NCBI RefSeq assembly: GCF_018977255.1 | Contig: NW_024704742.1 | Coordinates: 64,296,001-64,360,000 of the forward strand | Reading direction: 5' to 3' | Source of the DNA: Callorhinchus milii | Taxonomy: Eukaryota | DNA: 64,000 nucleotides | Part shown: in pieces, positions 1 to 13,990 of the stretch | How positions within the stretch are numbered: the stretch's first letter is position 1 | Layout: the number at the start of each line of letters is the position of its first letter | Notes under the pieces: model-generated | Databases searched by the model: none | What the model was told of the DNA's origin: nothing | What the model saw: only the letters and a program-made list of their open reading frames with translations | Position numbers and translations under genes: made by a program

Positions 1-395
1 AACAAAATTACATTTGTATAGCGCCTTTCACGTTGGGAGGACGTCCCAAGATACTGGACAGTCAGACTTTTGGACCCAAGCTGGGGGTTGGAATCGGGGA
101 GGGTGGAGGGCAGGGGGGGAAGGAGGGTGATCAAAAGCACGTTGAAGAGAAGCGTCTTGAGAAGGGTCTTGAAGGAGGCAAGGAAGGGAGCGAGGAGGAG
201 GTATTGCAGGATGGCGTTCCAGAGGGTGGGGACAGAGTGGCTGAAGGCCCTCTCACCAATGGCGTGGTGGGCGAGGCGGGGGACGTGAAGCAGACTGGAG
301 CCTGTTGAGCAGAGGGAGCCAATCAGGAGGACCTCGTTCTTGTTGACGTTCAACTGAAGAAAGTTAGTTCTCATCCAGGACGATGTCTGACAGAC
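1..395 (-). mobile_element. L2-clade LINE 3' fragment
   Basis: L2 3' tail at window start plus a piece encoding the (T/A)NFLQLNVNKNEV motif. Confidence 0.8.
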
Positions 396-864
396 ATGGA
401 AAGGTACATGAGGGGTATATGTCACAGACCCATATGCTCCATGTACCATTCCATTGTAATCTGGTTCCAGGCAGGGTCAGACATTCTGCTGTTGTGGCCA
501 CTAAAGTCAGCAATAATGCACGTCCCAGGGCCATTTCAATTACTGTTATCTCTTAGTAACCAGCACTTTCTATATAGCCGCAGGCAACTTGTGATCCCTG
601 AGAACTGCATTACGCACAGAGATGTGACACTCAACTTCACCATTCTCAATTTAACGGATAATAGAGCTGAGCAAGATCTTGGATACATTTTGACTCGCCC
701 ACCAGTTCTTAAAGTCTGTCTGACAACTGTGTAGTTCAAAGGTGATCGCAGGCTTGGACCTTTGATGAAACAGCCAAGAGCAAATTTTCACATGGAAAGC
801 TCCAATGTTTACACATTTTGATGAAGTAATAAAGCGCTGTATAAAACGCAAGGATTATTATTGC

Positions 865-1210
865 ACCCAAATGCAGCCGAAACCCTCATGCATGCATTTG
901 TCACCTTCTGCTTGGATTACTCCAACATATTTCTTGCCAGTCTCCCCAGCTCCACCATTCACAAAATCCAGCGCATTCAGAACACTGCCGCCCACATACT
1001 GACCCGGACCAAACTCTATTCCCACATCTCACCAGTTCTGGCCCAGGCTCCACTGGCTCCCCATCACTGAATGGATCGACTTCAAGATCTCAAATTTGTG
1101 TTCAAATCCCTTCAGTCTCTGGCACCTCCCTTGCCTCTCCCACCTCCTCACTCCACAATCCGCCACCCAGCGCCTCTTCTTGACTGGCACCGGCCTCCTG
1201 CTCGTCCTTG
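865..1210 (+). mobile_element. L2 LINE ORF2 C-terminal fragment
   Basis: AETLMHAFVTFCLDYSNIFLASLP...IQNTAAHILTRT motif typical of L2 ORF2. Confidence 0.85.
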
Positions 1211-1304
1211 TTCAGCAGATGTCTGACCCACGTGAGAACCTATCACCATGCTTGAGAGTATTCAAACTAGAATGAAAGTTCCACTTGTGCATGGAAATTC
1301 CCCT

Positions 1305-2318
1305 TTAATAATAACAACAACAAAATTATATTTATAGAGCGCCTTTCACGTCGGGAGGCCGTCCCAAAGCGCTGAACGGTCAGGTGTCGGGGCCCGAGCA
1401 TGGGGGAGGGGTGGTGTAGGGGTGAGGGAAGGCAGAGAGGTGGGAGGGCGATTGAAGGCACGGTCGAAGAGAAGGGTCTTGAGACCGGCCTTGAAGGAGG
1501 CAAGGGAGGAAGCGAGGTGAAGGAACTGTGGGATGGAGTTCCAGAGTGTGGGGGCAGAGAGGCTGAAAGCCCGGCCACCGATGGTAGGGCGGGTCGGGCG
1601 GGAGACATGGAGAAGGCCGGAGCCCACTGAGAGGAGGGATCGGGAAGGTTGGTAGGAAGTCAGCAGGTCAGAGAGGTAGGAGGGGGCGAGGCCATAGATG
1701 GCCTTAAAGGTGAGGACAAAGATCTTGAACTCGTTCCTCTGGGGGATGGGGAGCGAGTGGAGTCGGGCGAGGGTGGGAGTGGAGTGATGAGGTCACGGAG
1801 CCTGGTGCGTGAGGGTACACAAGCTGCAGAGTTTTGGATGATCTGCAGGTTGTGAAGGGAAGAGTTGGGAAGGCCGATGAGGAGGGAGAGCCTGTAATCG
1901 AGCCTTGATGTGACAAATGTATAGATGAGGGTTTCGGAGCCTGAGGGGTGAGGCAGTGGCGGAGTCTGGCAATGTTGCGAATGTGGAGGAGAAAGGACAT
2001 TTCAGGGTCAAACAAGACACTCAGGTTCCTGACTGGCTTCGTGAGGTTGTGTGTGCAGCCGTGGAGGCTGATGCTGCCAGCGCCTGAGGTGCGGAGGTGC
2101 TGGCGCAAACCAATCAGGAGGGCCTCGGTCTCGCTGACGTTGAGTTGGAGAAAGTTGGCCCTCGTCCAGGACTTGATGTCGGACAGGCAGTCGGTCAGGA
2201 CCTCAGTAGTCCTGGAGTTCAGGGTGGAGGCAGAGAGGTAGAGTTGGGTGTCATCTGCACACATGTGAAAATTTACCCCATGTCTGCGGATGATGTCACC
2301 AAGGGGGAGCATGTAGAA
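1305..2318 (-). mobile_element. L2 LINE 3' 1 kb (RT C-terminus to tail), decayed
   Basis: [25 protein letters not shown] (YADD mutated), GGRAFSLSAPTLWNSIP, (TTG)n tail. Confidence 0.92.
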
Positions 2319-2956
2319 TAATAATTATAATAATCCTTGCATTTGATATAATGGCTTACACGTCATTGAGGCATCTCAAAGCGCTTCACAGAATATACTG
2401 TAAAGTGAATTAACTGTGTATTTCTTGGGCAAAATGCGGCAGCCAATTACACACAGCAGTGTCCCACAAACAGTCGTGATGTGTTGATAAACACTTATTA
2501 ACATCATGGAAAAAGCAATCTGTCAGAGTCTTAAGACAGCACCTCCCTTCAACACTATTTGCAATGGTTGTGTATTGCTTGCATGTCATTTTATCAGACT
2601 GCTGGGAAGCAGGAAAAAAGGAATAACAGTTTAATTTAGCAAAAAATACCAAAATAAATCAGACCAGATGCCCTGTAATCCTCAATCCAATGTTAAGTGC
2701 AGTTGACTTCTGGGTGCAATTATTGTGAATGGATCAAGGGAGTTTCCTTTCAGCGCATCAACAATTACTACTTTGGTGGGGGGTTGGGGTGCTGGGTGAA
2801 ATAGGGACCTCTGATCTGTTAATTAACACCAAGGTTAATTAACACATTATTATCAGGGGGAGGGAATCTGCATAATTGGAACAGCCTCAACTCCAGGAGG
2901 AGGGGAAATGGGGTATATGGAAGAGCTTAGATTTTCCAGAGGGAAGGTATCTACAT

Positions 2957-3378
2957 GGAGTCCTGTAGCATATTGGTTAGAGCACTCACCTTGCATGCGA
3001 GAGGACCTTGTGACGTCCTCCCGACGTGAAAGTTGCTCTATAAATGTAATTTTGTTGTTGCTGAACTGGGTTTGATTCCCGTGCGGAGCCTAAAACCTTA
3101 GGCAAGTCTCCTTACCACACACCTCTGTTTACCAAGCAGTAAGTAGGAACCCGGTTGTTAATCAATTGGCAGATCGCTTTCCGAGGGTAATAATCCCTTC
3201 AAAAAAATAATAATAGTTCGGTCACAATTCACGACTGTTTGTGGGACATTGCTGTGTGCAATTGGCTGCTGCATTTCGCTCACAAAATATACAATCAATT
3301 CACTTTATAGTGAATGTGAAATGCTTTGAGATGTCTCAACAACGTGATAAGGCATTGTATCAAATGCAAGGATTATTT
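2957..3378 (+). mobile_element. tRNA(Ala-like)-head SINE with L2-type tail, long variant; head split by an approximately 50-bp L2 tail insertion
   Basis: ggagtcctgtagc..tggttagagcactc..ttgca A-box region, B-box-like gggtttgattcc, 3' atcaaatgcaaggattatt. Confidence 0.85.
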
Positions 3379-3870
3379 AATATAGTGTGCGTACTCTTTC
3401 TCCAGAGGATTGCACCTTACTCGCCTAATCCCTAATTCTGACTACACTGTGCAAGGCTAGTGTTAGTGTATTGGAGTGCCAGCTTGTGGCTATAGACTTA
3501 CTGTTAACATTTTGTTGGGCTAAAATGCTATCCTACTAATCAGTAGTAACAACACCTGCTTCCCTCTTCCCCTACCCGCTCGACTGGCCTTGTGCCAAAA
3601 CATTCTGACAGAGTCCGTGAGAGAAGGAGTTTCAATCACAGACCAATCAATATTCAAGGCATTGACTGGCCAAAATTTTCAACAGTGAATTAATTAACAC
3701 ATCATGGGTCACTGTTTTCACTGCATTATATAATCCCCGGATAAAATTGGTCATTCACTTCATGGCTATTTGTGGGTCATTGCTGTACAAAATCGGCTGC
3801 CACATTTGCTTATGAAATACAGTCACTACACATTACAATAAATCCTGTAATGCGCTTTGAGCCATCCTCC

Positions 3871-3960
3871 CAAGTGAAAGGCATTCTATCAAATGCAATC
3901 TATCAAGTGAAAGGCATTCTATCAAATGCAATCTATCAAGTGAAAGGCATTCTATCAAAT
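3871..3960. repeat. 33-bp tandem repeat (about 2.7 copies) derived from a SINE 3' end
   Basis: caagtgaaaggcattctatcaaatgcaatctat repeated. Confidence 0.9.
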
Positions 3961-6900
3961 TTGTATTAATCTATTGCAGAGCGTCAGTCACAAATGTGTG
4001 TTCAGTGTCTACATTCTGAGAACCATATTATTGCATTACCTCATTCCCGTATGGTACAGGCATAATGGACATTAAATTGCATCCTTAGGCACCAACATAT
4101 GTGTAGCAAATATAAATTTTACCCATTATCTAGTGAAGCTTTGGGACTTCTTTCTAAACAAATTGAGTGTCATACTCATCAAGGCAACTAGACTCAGAAA
4201 GATTCATGAGCAACTGGCATTGTTAAGCAGGATTAGATGCAAAACCCACATTTGAATAAGCAGAATCTCAAAAAAATGTCCACAGTATAAACAGCACATT
4301 AACTAATTGTGGTACTTGTTTTATTACAGGCAAACAACAAATAATTTATTATTGGTATTATTACTCTTTAATTAATATTTTTATTAATAATAATACTTGC
4401 TTTTGAGGAAAATAGACTTTTTTTAAGTCAAGAGTGAGCTGGGAAAGCTCTCTTGCAGCACCACAACACTGAAAGCAAAAGCTTATTTTCTTGAAGATGG
4501 AAATGCAGACAACAACAAAAACAACAACTCGCATTTACATTGTGACCTTCACACAGGATTGAATCTTGGGAGCTCTATCCAGTGGCGGGGTTGTATGCTG
4601 AGCAAGGGAGAAAGGAGAGAGGAAGTGATCAAAGGTGCAGTTAAGGATGCTTCCAATGCACCATCCAGGCTATTTTAGAGGCACAGCAATGGATTTCACA
4701 TTATGAACCAAACTTGACAGGTTTGCCAACATCTGCATTTGTTTTAATAAAATGTGTTCCAAAAGAGCATAGCCCCGAGCTTAGCCAAACACCATGTGTT
4801 GATATTGCTTCCCGGAAAGCAGTAATAAGTAATAATAAAGTAATTTCGTTGGAATAGCTTTGAATTCACAGTTCAAGTAGTTAAAATACTTTATTTATGC
4901 CCCGTAAATGAGGCTATCGAATTAGAATAAAGATTGTAGTGGAGGCAGATGTAGGAAAACTTTTTGGGCTAAACTTTTTTTAGAAATTGATAGTCTGATG
5001 GCACTTTAGATTCCATTATGATCTTAATTCATTCCTCCCGAGGGCTTTGTACCAGTAATGAATGAAGATTTATAGGCAATGCCAGTTCAGTCTGTGAAAA
5101 TGGCCAGAGTAATTTATTGGACCGAGCATTATTTGAAAATAAATTAGAAATCAAAAATGATTGCAGCATTCAAGATATAAAGAAATGAAGGTTGAATGTT
5201 CCAGACTGTGCTGAATTAACTGTTAGAAGCAAAAGAAAACAGGAACCAGAGGAGGCCATTCAGACCATCAAGCCTGTGCTACCAGTGGGTTATGAAAGGA
5301 TTTGATTAGCTTGATGTTCTTCAACTGTTTTTACTTCCTGGAGTCCAAAATGAGAGGGCATCAATATTAGACAAGCTGTTGTAGATCTAACCGGGAGTTT
5401 AGAGTGTGGTGAGACTGTGGAACACACTGTCAGAAGCTGTGGTTGAACCAAAAAGCACCATTGTGTTTAAGAGGTAACTTAAAGCATTCATGAGGGAGAA
5501 GAGGAATAGAGGGCTGTAGGAGATCGGAAAAGGAGGGGAAGGGGCTTGTATAAAGTATAAACACCAACATAGACTATTTAGGCTTGTTGGCTTGGCTTGT
5601 TTCTGTGCCAAATCATTCTATATCATTCTAGTTTATTAGATCTTGGCAGAATCAACAACAACAACTTGAATTTAAATAGCACCTCTCACGCAGGGAAGTG
5701 TCCCAGAGCAGCAGCGGAGCATAATGACGGGCAGGTGGGAGGTGGGGGAGAGGGAGAGGTGACTGTAAGCACGGTCAAAAGAGGAAGTTCTTCAGACGCA
5801 ACCTATAGATGGGGAAGTATTGGGCAAGCCAGGCAAGGTGGAAGAATTGAGTGAGAGTGTTCCAGAGTTTCAATGCGCAGTGGCTGAAAGAGCGGTCACC
5901 AATGGTGGAAAGGAGGGCACCAGGGACAAGCAGGAGGCCGGAGCCAGTCGAGTGGAAGCAATGGTAGTGGGTTGAGGAGTAATCACACCCTCCACTGCAC
6001 TAGTTTTATGGATTTTATTTATAAAACTAGCTTTTCAAGAGTCTACCTGTTTTTGTGGCTTCCTGAATTTTAGTTTAGATTAAAACTATGAAATTTCCTT
6101 TGTCTCAAATTCCTGTTCTCAAGTTATTCTTGGGTTGGAGGACTGCTTCACATATTTATAAAAATGAACAAGCCTCAAGCAAGAGAAGCATAATTAGAAG
6201 AATTTAAGTTCTACTAATTCAATTATCCATCAACATAATTATTTTTCACTTAATCCTCTATTCCTCAGTCTGCTGCAGTCAACTCTTCACATCCATATCA
6301 TACATCCCTTTCAGCAAGTTCAAGATCTGGATTATGTTTCAATGATTTTCCAACATGTCTATGTCCTTTTGACAGTACAGCGCTCACAATTACACCATGG
6401 ACCCTGTGGCAAGGGAGGGCTTTTGACTGTGGGGATCAGGTGGCCAGAGTGACTATCCCTGGTGGTGAGGAAACTCTTGAGTTGTGGGATGATGGCTGCA
6501 AAGTCATTGCCTGGAGTCCGGGTTTATGAACACATGCTCACTTATTCAAGGTTTGGTAATGGTGATGGGTTTCTTTGTATATTAGAGCAAACAAAAATGA
6601 GGCACAGGTAAGCTGCTTGTCCACTTGTCCAGATGCCTGTTCCACATTTCTGCTGCATCAGCGATCAAGATGATCACAAGATTGGTTTGGTTGAAGAAAA
6701 CACTTCAACCCATTTGAGCTCATCCTTCCAGGATGTACAGCCATGCATCTTCCCATCACAGCAATGAAGCTGTTATTTTCAAAATGAGTCCACCATCCTT
6801 GTCTCAGCCACCCTTCCTTCTATTATAACTGCATTCACCCCAGAGATCTGAGCTCAACATTTATTCAATACTCTTTCGAATACCACTACAGCCTGGGGAT

Positions 6901-7919
6901 TAGGATGCTACGCTTCCTGATAACCTGTTCCAGTTGTTAATTACCCTCTTGGTTTCACCCACAATATACACAGTCTCTTTATAATATATTCTGAGAAGCG
7001 CTTTGAGATGTCTCAATGACGTGATAAGGCACTATATCAAATTCAAGAATTATTATTAGTATTATTGGCAAAGAAATACTTCCTGGTATCTGTCCTGAAA
7101 TTGTCGTTTGACAACCCTAACCAGGGTTCTCTCCTCGTATGCTGTCTTAGTGCATTACAAATATTATTCTGAATTTACTTTCTGAATCCCATCCAAAATC
7201 GTATCGAGCTCTGTAAGATCCCACCTGTGACATCTCCTTGCTTGTCTAAACGTTGCTCATAGCTCATTCCTCAAACACTGAAAATTAACCTCATTGTTTT
7301 TTATCCAAACACATTGATTTGCCATGTAATCGGGAGCTATTTGGGAAAATGTCTCCTGCAGTGATATGTTTATCTCTCCAAGTCCGACTTATGGCCAAGA
7401 CAGGCTGTTCAGTCTCCAACAATGCCCCAGTGGTCCCACTTGCCTCAAGTATCTGATTACTGCATCCACCTCAGAGCATTGAATCAGCTCAGCATTTATT
7501 CAATTCTCTTTCGAATGCCACTACACACTAAGCAATAGCTAGAACATTTCTTTCATGATCTTCAAACCCCTTCAGACAAGGTAGTACAAAGTCAAGTTTT
7601 GAATTACAATTCCATTAAAATCAATCGTGCTTTTTATTTTGACATTGACATCTTAAACAAATATTAGAGCTTTGGAGAGATTATTGGGGGAAAATGAATT
7701 TAAGAATTTATGAATTTCTGGATGCTGTAAAAGCAGCTCAAATATAGTATTTCAAGACCCAGATGGAATTTCTCTCTATATTTCACTCGGATTTAGAATC
7801 AAAGACATCTACAGAACAGAAGGAGGCATTCGACCTATCCATTTTGCACCGGCTCTCAGAACTCAATTCAATCCTACTGCTCCACCCTATCCCATACCCT
7901 TTCATAGCCTTTACCTTCC

Positions 7920-7947
7920 ATATATATATGTGCATATATATATGTAT

Positions 7948-7978
<31 letters not shown>
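7920..7978. repeat. (TA)n-type microsatellite
   Basis: atatatatatgtgcatatatatatgtatata... Confidence 0.9.
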
Positions 7979-8173
7979 CCTGTCTACTTCTCTCTTGAAA
8001 CCCTCAATGGACTCTTCCTCTACCATCTCACTTGAAAGGGCATTTTTTATATTCAGTTAGTGCTAACGAATCATAGTAACAAATTACTGTGAGTGAAAAA
8101 TCTTCCCACCTTCTGCTTCATGTATTATATACCACTGGTGAATTATCTCACCAAAAACTGAGAGTGCTAGAAC

Positions 8174-8440
8174 CTGAAGTCTAAAATTTCATCTGGTTTT
8201 AGCCTCAAGACCGTTGTCATAAAATTTAAGTGCAAAATTTCAGAAAATTCTTGAATACAATCTTCATTTGCAAAGTGTTTCCAATAATCTCAGAATAACC
8301 TGCTGCTAAACTGAAACCAAATTTAAGACTTTTTTAATAATAATCCTTGCATTTAATAATCCTTGCCTTAAAATTCTACACATTCCAAATTTTGAGACGA
8401 TGGCCTTGAGGCTAAGGCGAGATGGAATTTCAGGCCTCAG
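8174..8440. mobile_element. Old MITE with about 55-bp imperfect terminal inverted repeats (family unassigned)
   Basis: ctgaagtctaaaatttcatctggttttagcctcaagaccgttgtc... pairs with ...gacgatggccttgaggctaaggcgagatggaatttcaggcctcag; related arms near 41980-42030 and 43245-43300. Confidence 0.6.
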
Positions 8441-10654
8441 AACCACAGCCGATAGTGAAGAGAAAATAGGAAATCCACCCAAATGGCAGGTGGGCAAGTG
8501 TTGTATTCACGTTCAGCTCTAAAAGGATCAGAGGAAAGCACCCAGCAAGGTTGAAGAGGAGTCATTGTTTGTGTCCATATGTGAGACACAAAAGGAATCA
8601 TCGAATCACATATGTATGACAGCCCAACACTCTGCAACTCTGCTCAGATGTCACTCACAGCTCTGATGTCTCTAAAGCCATTGCCATTTAAGTGCTTTGA
8701 GATGTTTTCCCAATGTGAATGCGGCTAAATAAATATAAATGTCAAGGCAGAGTCTCAAAAACTACCTCTTCGACCGCGCTTCTGGTCTTCATTTTCCTCT
8801 TTAGCTCCCACACCCAACTCATGTGTAAACTGCAAAGGGCTTTGTGATGCCCTCCCGACATGAAAGGTGCTGTAAACTTTATTGGCAGAGCGGATTTTCA
8901 AAGGGTCAACCACAAACAGAAATCCGGCATTTTTAATTCCAAATATTTTTGTGACTCCCAAAGATTAGACCCTGCTCTGGATTCTGGGAATGACCGACTG
9001 GAAACAGGAGCTGTTCATTCGATCGGATGCCCCACCTGGATTCTTCCATTCCGTTCCTTAAAAGAAAATCAATGGTGCCAACATTACACCAGCAGGAGTG
9101 TGTATTTAGCTATTTATATGTGCTGCTGCAAAATGCATTTAGCGTCCACTGCGTCAGCTGCCAAAAGAGAAATCCAGATCAAGACCTCAGTACTGCATCA
9201 ATTTCAGATTCATTAAGAACTCATCCAAGGAACAGTAGCTTTTGCCCAGTGCCTTTCTGCAAACAACTTCAAACCAACAATTCAATTGGCAGTCCCATGG
9301 CAGTCACATCACAAACATCAGCCACCAGCAATCAAAGAAAATCTTGGTTTAATAATAAACCTTGCATTTCGTATAACACCTTATCATGTTATCGAGACGT
9401 CTCAAAGCGCTTCACAGGATTTTAATGTGAAGTGTAGTTAGACTTTGTATTTGTAGGTTATATGGCAGCCAATTTGCACACAATGACCCACAAAGAGCCA
9501 TGAAGTGAATGACTAATTTTTATTTGGTAGATTGTTTGGTAAATTGTTGACCAGGTCACCAGCAGAAAGTCCCTCAATAAGGAATGCCTGAGATTCTTTA
9601 ACGTCCACCTGAACAAACAAACAAATTAAGACCTTGGTTTTAATGCCTCATCTGAAGAACGCCTCTGACAATGCATTGCACCCCACGCACTGCATTGGAG
9701 TGTCAGCCTCAACTATTTCAAAGTCTTAATGTGAACTTGAACCCACAACCTTCTGCTCAGAGGCTAGAGCGCTACCAACTGTGCATGCTGACATCTGAGA
9801 CCAATATTGGAGCACAGGAGCACAGGAGTACCGCACCGAAAAATACCATTGCCCATGTCTGAGAGTACAAAAAAATCCTACCCTCCTCCAGCTCCTATTC
9901 TCTTCAAACAATTTATTCATCAAATGGCTATCTAATTCTCCTTTCAATTCCCTGACACAAATAACTGAGTAGTCTCTTAAAATATAATGTGTGCTGGAAC
10001 TGTTTCTGAAATTAATGGTTTGGTGGGTTACAAGGCAGTAACTTGCTGCAGTTTGACAAGTTTTATTGTGTTCGACATTTCTGCCTTGGAGACAAATCTC
10101 TTAGTACAAGTATCTGAACAAAATATATCACTGCACCAGAAGTATACTAAAACAGTCAGACTGCAACGAATTCATGTTTTATTTTTGCTCCTCTTTCATT
10201 CTTACTTCTTACTTTACTCCCTTCCCCTCCCCTCACTCCCTGAGGGAGTTTGATAATATATTCCAGTCCATTATCTCTTTCAACAGTGCATGAATTCACA
10301 CAGCTTGTACTTTTCACCCCATTAATAATTCCATGCTGCTTCTTTCAGATGGAACAGAAACATTGTTAATGTCATTGAAGTTCTCACATCCTGACACTTT
10401 GAGTCATGTAATTCCTATCCAAATTGAAGGATATTAAAGGATGTGGATAACAATCAGGAATACGGGATGAGATTAAGTGGCTCATAAGGAGAAAAACATT
10501 AGTTGGAGACTTGACAAGGTAAATGACCTGTTTCTGTGGAATAACGTTCATTGCACCAAAATCTTTTGGATTCCTGAACTTCCATTCCTGAACTTTTTCA
10601 AAGTAAGAGTTTAGGAACATCAGCATTGGTGCACTTCTATCCCCAGGTATAGAA

Positions 10655-11000
10655 CAGTCCCATTACAGCACAGCGGACTGGGACAGTCCCATATAACATG
10701 GTGTTTGGGTCAGTGCCATTATAACATGGTGTCTGGGGCAGTCCCACTATTAACATGGTGTCTGGGCCAGTCACACTATCAACATGGTGTCTGGGCCAGT
10801 CCCACTATTAACACGGTGTCTGGGTCAGTCCCACTATTAACATGGTGTCTAGGCCAGTCCCACTATTAACACGGTGTTTGGTCCAGTCCCACTATTAACA
10901 TGGTGTCTGGGCCAGTCCCACTATTAACACGGAGTTTGGTCCAGTCCCACTATTAACATGGTGGACGGGCCAGTCCCATTATAATGCGTTGATCTGGGTC
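10655..11000. repeat. 29-bp minisatellite, about 12 copies
   Basis: Unit cagtcccactattaacatggtgtctgggc; contiguous units with no unique spacers. Confidence 0.95.
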
Positions 11001-12819
11001 TGCTGATTGTTGAACAACATGTGCAAAAAATGGTAACCAGACAAACCAATGTTTGGGTTGTCTGGTTATCCCTGTTGTCATTTTAAGGTGACATCTATAA
11101 TGTCAATGATGCTTACCAAGACATAGCGTACAAAATGTAAATTGTAACTGTAAAAATATAAATTGTAATTGTATGAATGTAAATTATATTGAATGCATAG
11201 CAGGAAGTGACATTAGAATGTCCATGAAAATGGTAGCACGTGTACCCTGAGGGGAGTGAAGCACTTACCTGCACCTACTGGTGTTCTTAAAAGCATTCCT
11301 GAAGTACATTCAGGAATGGCTTACTGATCCCTCAATTCTGAACATGAAGAGGAATCCTATCCCTTGAGCTCGGACATGAGGCAGGTTTCTTATCTGGCAA
11401 AAAAAAACTTCACAAATGATATTCCCACTCACCAACATCTTAAATTCCTTAAAAAAAATAATGATGATAATTTGGTGACCCAATCCATGACTGTTTGTGG
11501 AATACTTCTGTGTGCAATTGGCTGCTGAGTTTCGCCCACAAAATATACAAACAATTCACTTTACAGTACAGACTGTGAATCGCTTTGAGATGTCTTTATG
11601 ATGTGATAAGGCGTTATATCAAATGCATAGTTTATTATTATATCTCATATTGCTCAACAGTGAATACCATCAACACATTGATCAGCCATGTAATCCTGTC
11701 CCACCTGATGTAATCCTGTCCCACCTGATGGGTAAAACTAGTTTTACTTTCAGTCCAATGTCTCACACACTCCCATCTTTTTCTTAAATTGCTTTGTTAC
11801 GAGGGCTGAGGGTGTTGGATAGTCAGGCGAGTTAGATATGGTCTCTGGAAGCCTTCCTGGGTCAAATAGGCTTTCATGATCCAAGATTTCTTAGACTTAT
11901 TAATGATATACTTTGTATTTCAAACTCTGAGGTAGGTTTTGAAGCACAGATCGCTGACAGTTATGGCGTTGCTGTCTTTGATCAAAACAGCCAAAAATCA
12001 CTGGATTGTGGCTCCATTGTGTTAATGGATGAAAAGAGAAAATTGTCTGGCTCTGTGTCACAATGTTAGTGTACATAATGGAATTTCAACTACTTGCCAA
12101 ATATCTGAGACGCTTAGTGTTTACTGATGCTGCTCTCTCTAAGTGCTTTTGATATCCTGCTGTTTTGATAATAATTACCCTTATCAGTGGTAGAAAATCG
12201 CACAAGAGCAATCCTGGAAAGCGCGAGTAGGGTTGGGGTTCATTTCTGTTCCATGTTCTCTCTTTGTAGCCACTTTCTTGGTGTGGGCTGAGCATGATTT
12301 TGATCAGTTTGCTAAGTTTTGCAGACTCCTCAGTGAGCACTTACACAACCCTATAGCTATTCCTTTCGGGTAAAATTAGCAATGTTTCATGGAAGGTCTT
12401 CAATACAATTGTTAGTTGCGTCACTCCAATGTATGCCGTTCTCCTCTTAGCTAATGGAGAAATATGATAAGTAATAGAGGCAAGTGCCGGTTCAAAGCCA
12501 GCCCTGGGAGCCATATTACAGTTAAGTTTAAGTCCACATTTTTCTAAAAACTTTATATTTATAACAGCGAATGCATTATGAAACGCTGCTAATTTGAATT
12601 CTATAATGAAGGGAGTTTTCTTCCTGTGTCCTGGCCAATATTCTTTCAAATAAAATTGTTCATTCACTTCATGGCTGTTTGTGGGACATCGCTGGGTGAC
12701 TATCAGCTGCTGCGATACTATATCAAGCGCAAGATTATTATTAAGAAACAGTGCGTTTTTCATCCTTGCAATAGGATTCAGGAATGACACAAAATGTAAG
12801 CCAAACAATTCTCCTCTTG

Positions 12820-13990
12820 TATGGTAGGGTGGGTGAGGCGCCGGACATGAAGCAGGCAGGAATCTGCTGAGTGGAGGGAGTAGGCAGGATGGTAGGGGGT
12901 TAGCAGGTTGCAGAGGTAGGGGAGAGCAAGACCATGGAATGCTTTGAAGGTGAGGATCAGGAACTTGAACTGTATACTTTCTGTGACGGGAAACCAGTGG
13001 AGTGGGGCGAGGATGGAGTGATAGGGTTACGGAGGACATGCGCTGCAGAGTTCTGAATGATCTGCAGCCTAGAGAGGGAGGAGTTGGGGAGGCCGACAAG
13101 CAAGGAATTTGCATAGTCAAGCCTCAATGTAATGAAAGCGTGTATGAGGGTTTCGGGGGCCTGCGGTGTGAGACAGTGGCAGAGCCGGGCGATGTTGCAG
13201 AGATGGGAGAAGGCAGAGAGGGTCATGGCATGGATGTGGGATTGAAAGGATAGTTGAGGGTCAAACTAAATGCCAAGGTTCTGGACTGGCTTAGTAAGGT
13301 GGAGTGTACAACCATGGATGGTGATGCTGTCAGCGTTTGAGGTGAGGAGATGCTGATGGGAGCCAATCTGGAGAGCCTCGGTCTTGTTGACGTTCAACTG
13401 AAGAAAGTTAGCTCTAATCCAGGACTTGATGTCTGACAGACATTCTGTCAGGACAGCAGTGGTTCTGGAGTCAAGGGTGGAGGCAGAGAGACAGAGTTGG
13501 GTGTCATCCACTTACATGTGGAAGTTGACCCAATGTCTGCAGATGATGTCACCAAGAGGGAGCACATAGATATTGAAGAGGAGTGGACCAAGGACAGAGC
13601 CCTGAGGAACGCTGCAGGGCGGAGCTAGAGGAAAAGCCGTTTGTGGAGTTGAAGTGGAGGCGGTGTGAGAGGCACGATCTGAACCAGTCACGGACAGAGC
13701 CGTGCTGTGGGCAGCACAGAAACCTGATTGGAAGGGTTCATGAAAGGATTGGCGGGAGAAGAAGGAATAAAGCTGAGAAGCAACAACTCATTCCAGGACC
13801 TTGGAGAGGAAAGGGAATTTGGAGATTGGGTGGTAGTTTGAGAGCAGACATGGTTCCAGGGAGAGCTATTTAAGGATAGGAGTGATGACAGCTCTTTTTA
13901 ATGAGGTGGGAACAGTACCAGTGGGCAGGGAGAAGTTTATGATGTCTCTGAGTAGAGGGGCAAGGAGGTGGAGCTGAGTTGACCTTGAGT
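12820..13990 (-). mobile_element. L2 LINE RT fragment, decayed
   Basis: DDTQLCLS...[14 protein letters not shown] and ETLIHAFITLRLDYANSLL motifs, with frameshifts. Confidence 0.9.

Noticed and set aside
10349..10518. Exon-like segment (tctttcag|...AAG|gtaaat)
   Set aside because: Stops in all three frames and no partner exons; could only be non-coding and is unsupported
10655..11000. CRISPR-like array
   Set aside because: Units are contiguous with no unique spacers, no cas genes, vertebrate context; it is a minisatellite
12341..13120. Longest ORF in the track (259 aa)
   Set aside because: Chance read-through of off-frame L2, a SINE tail and unique DNA; no coherent protein
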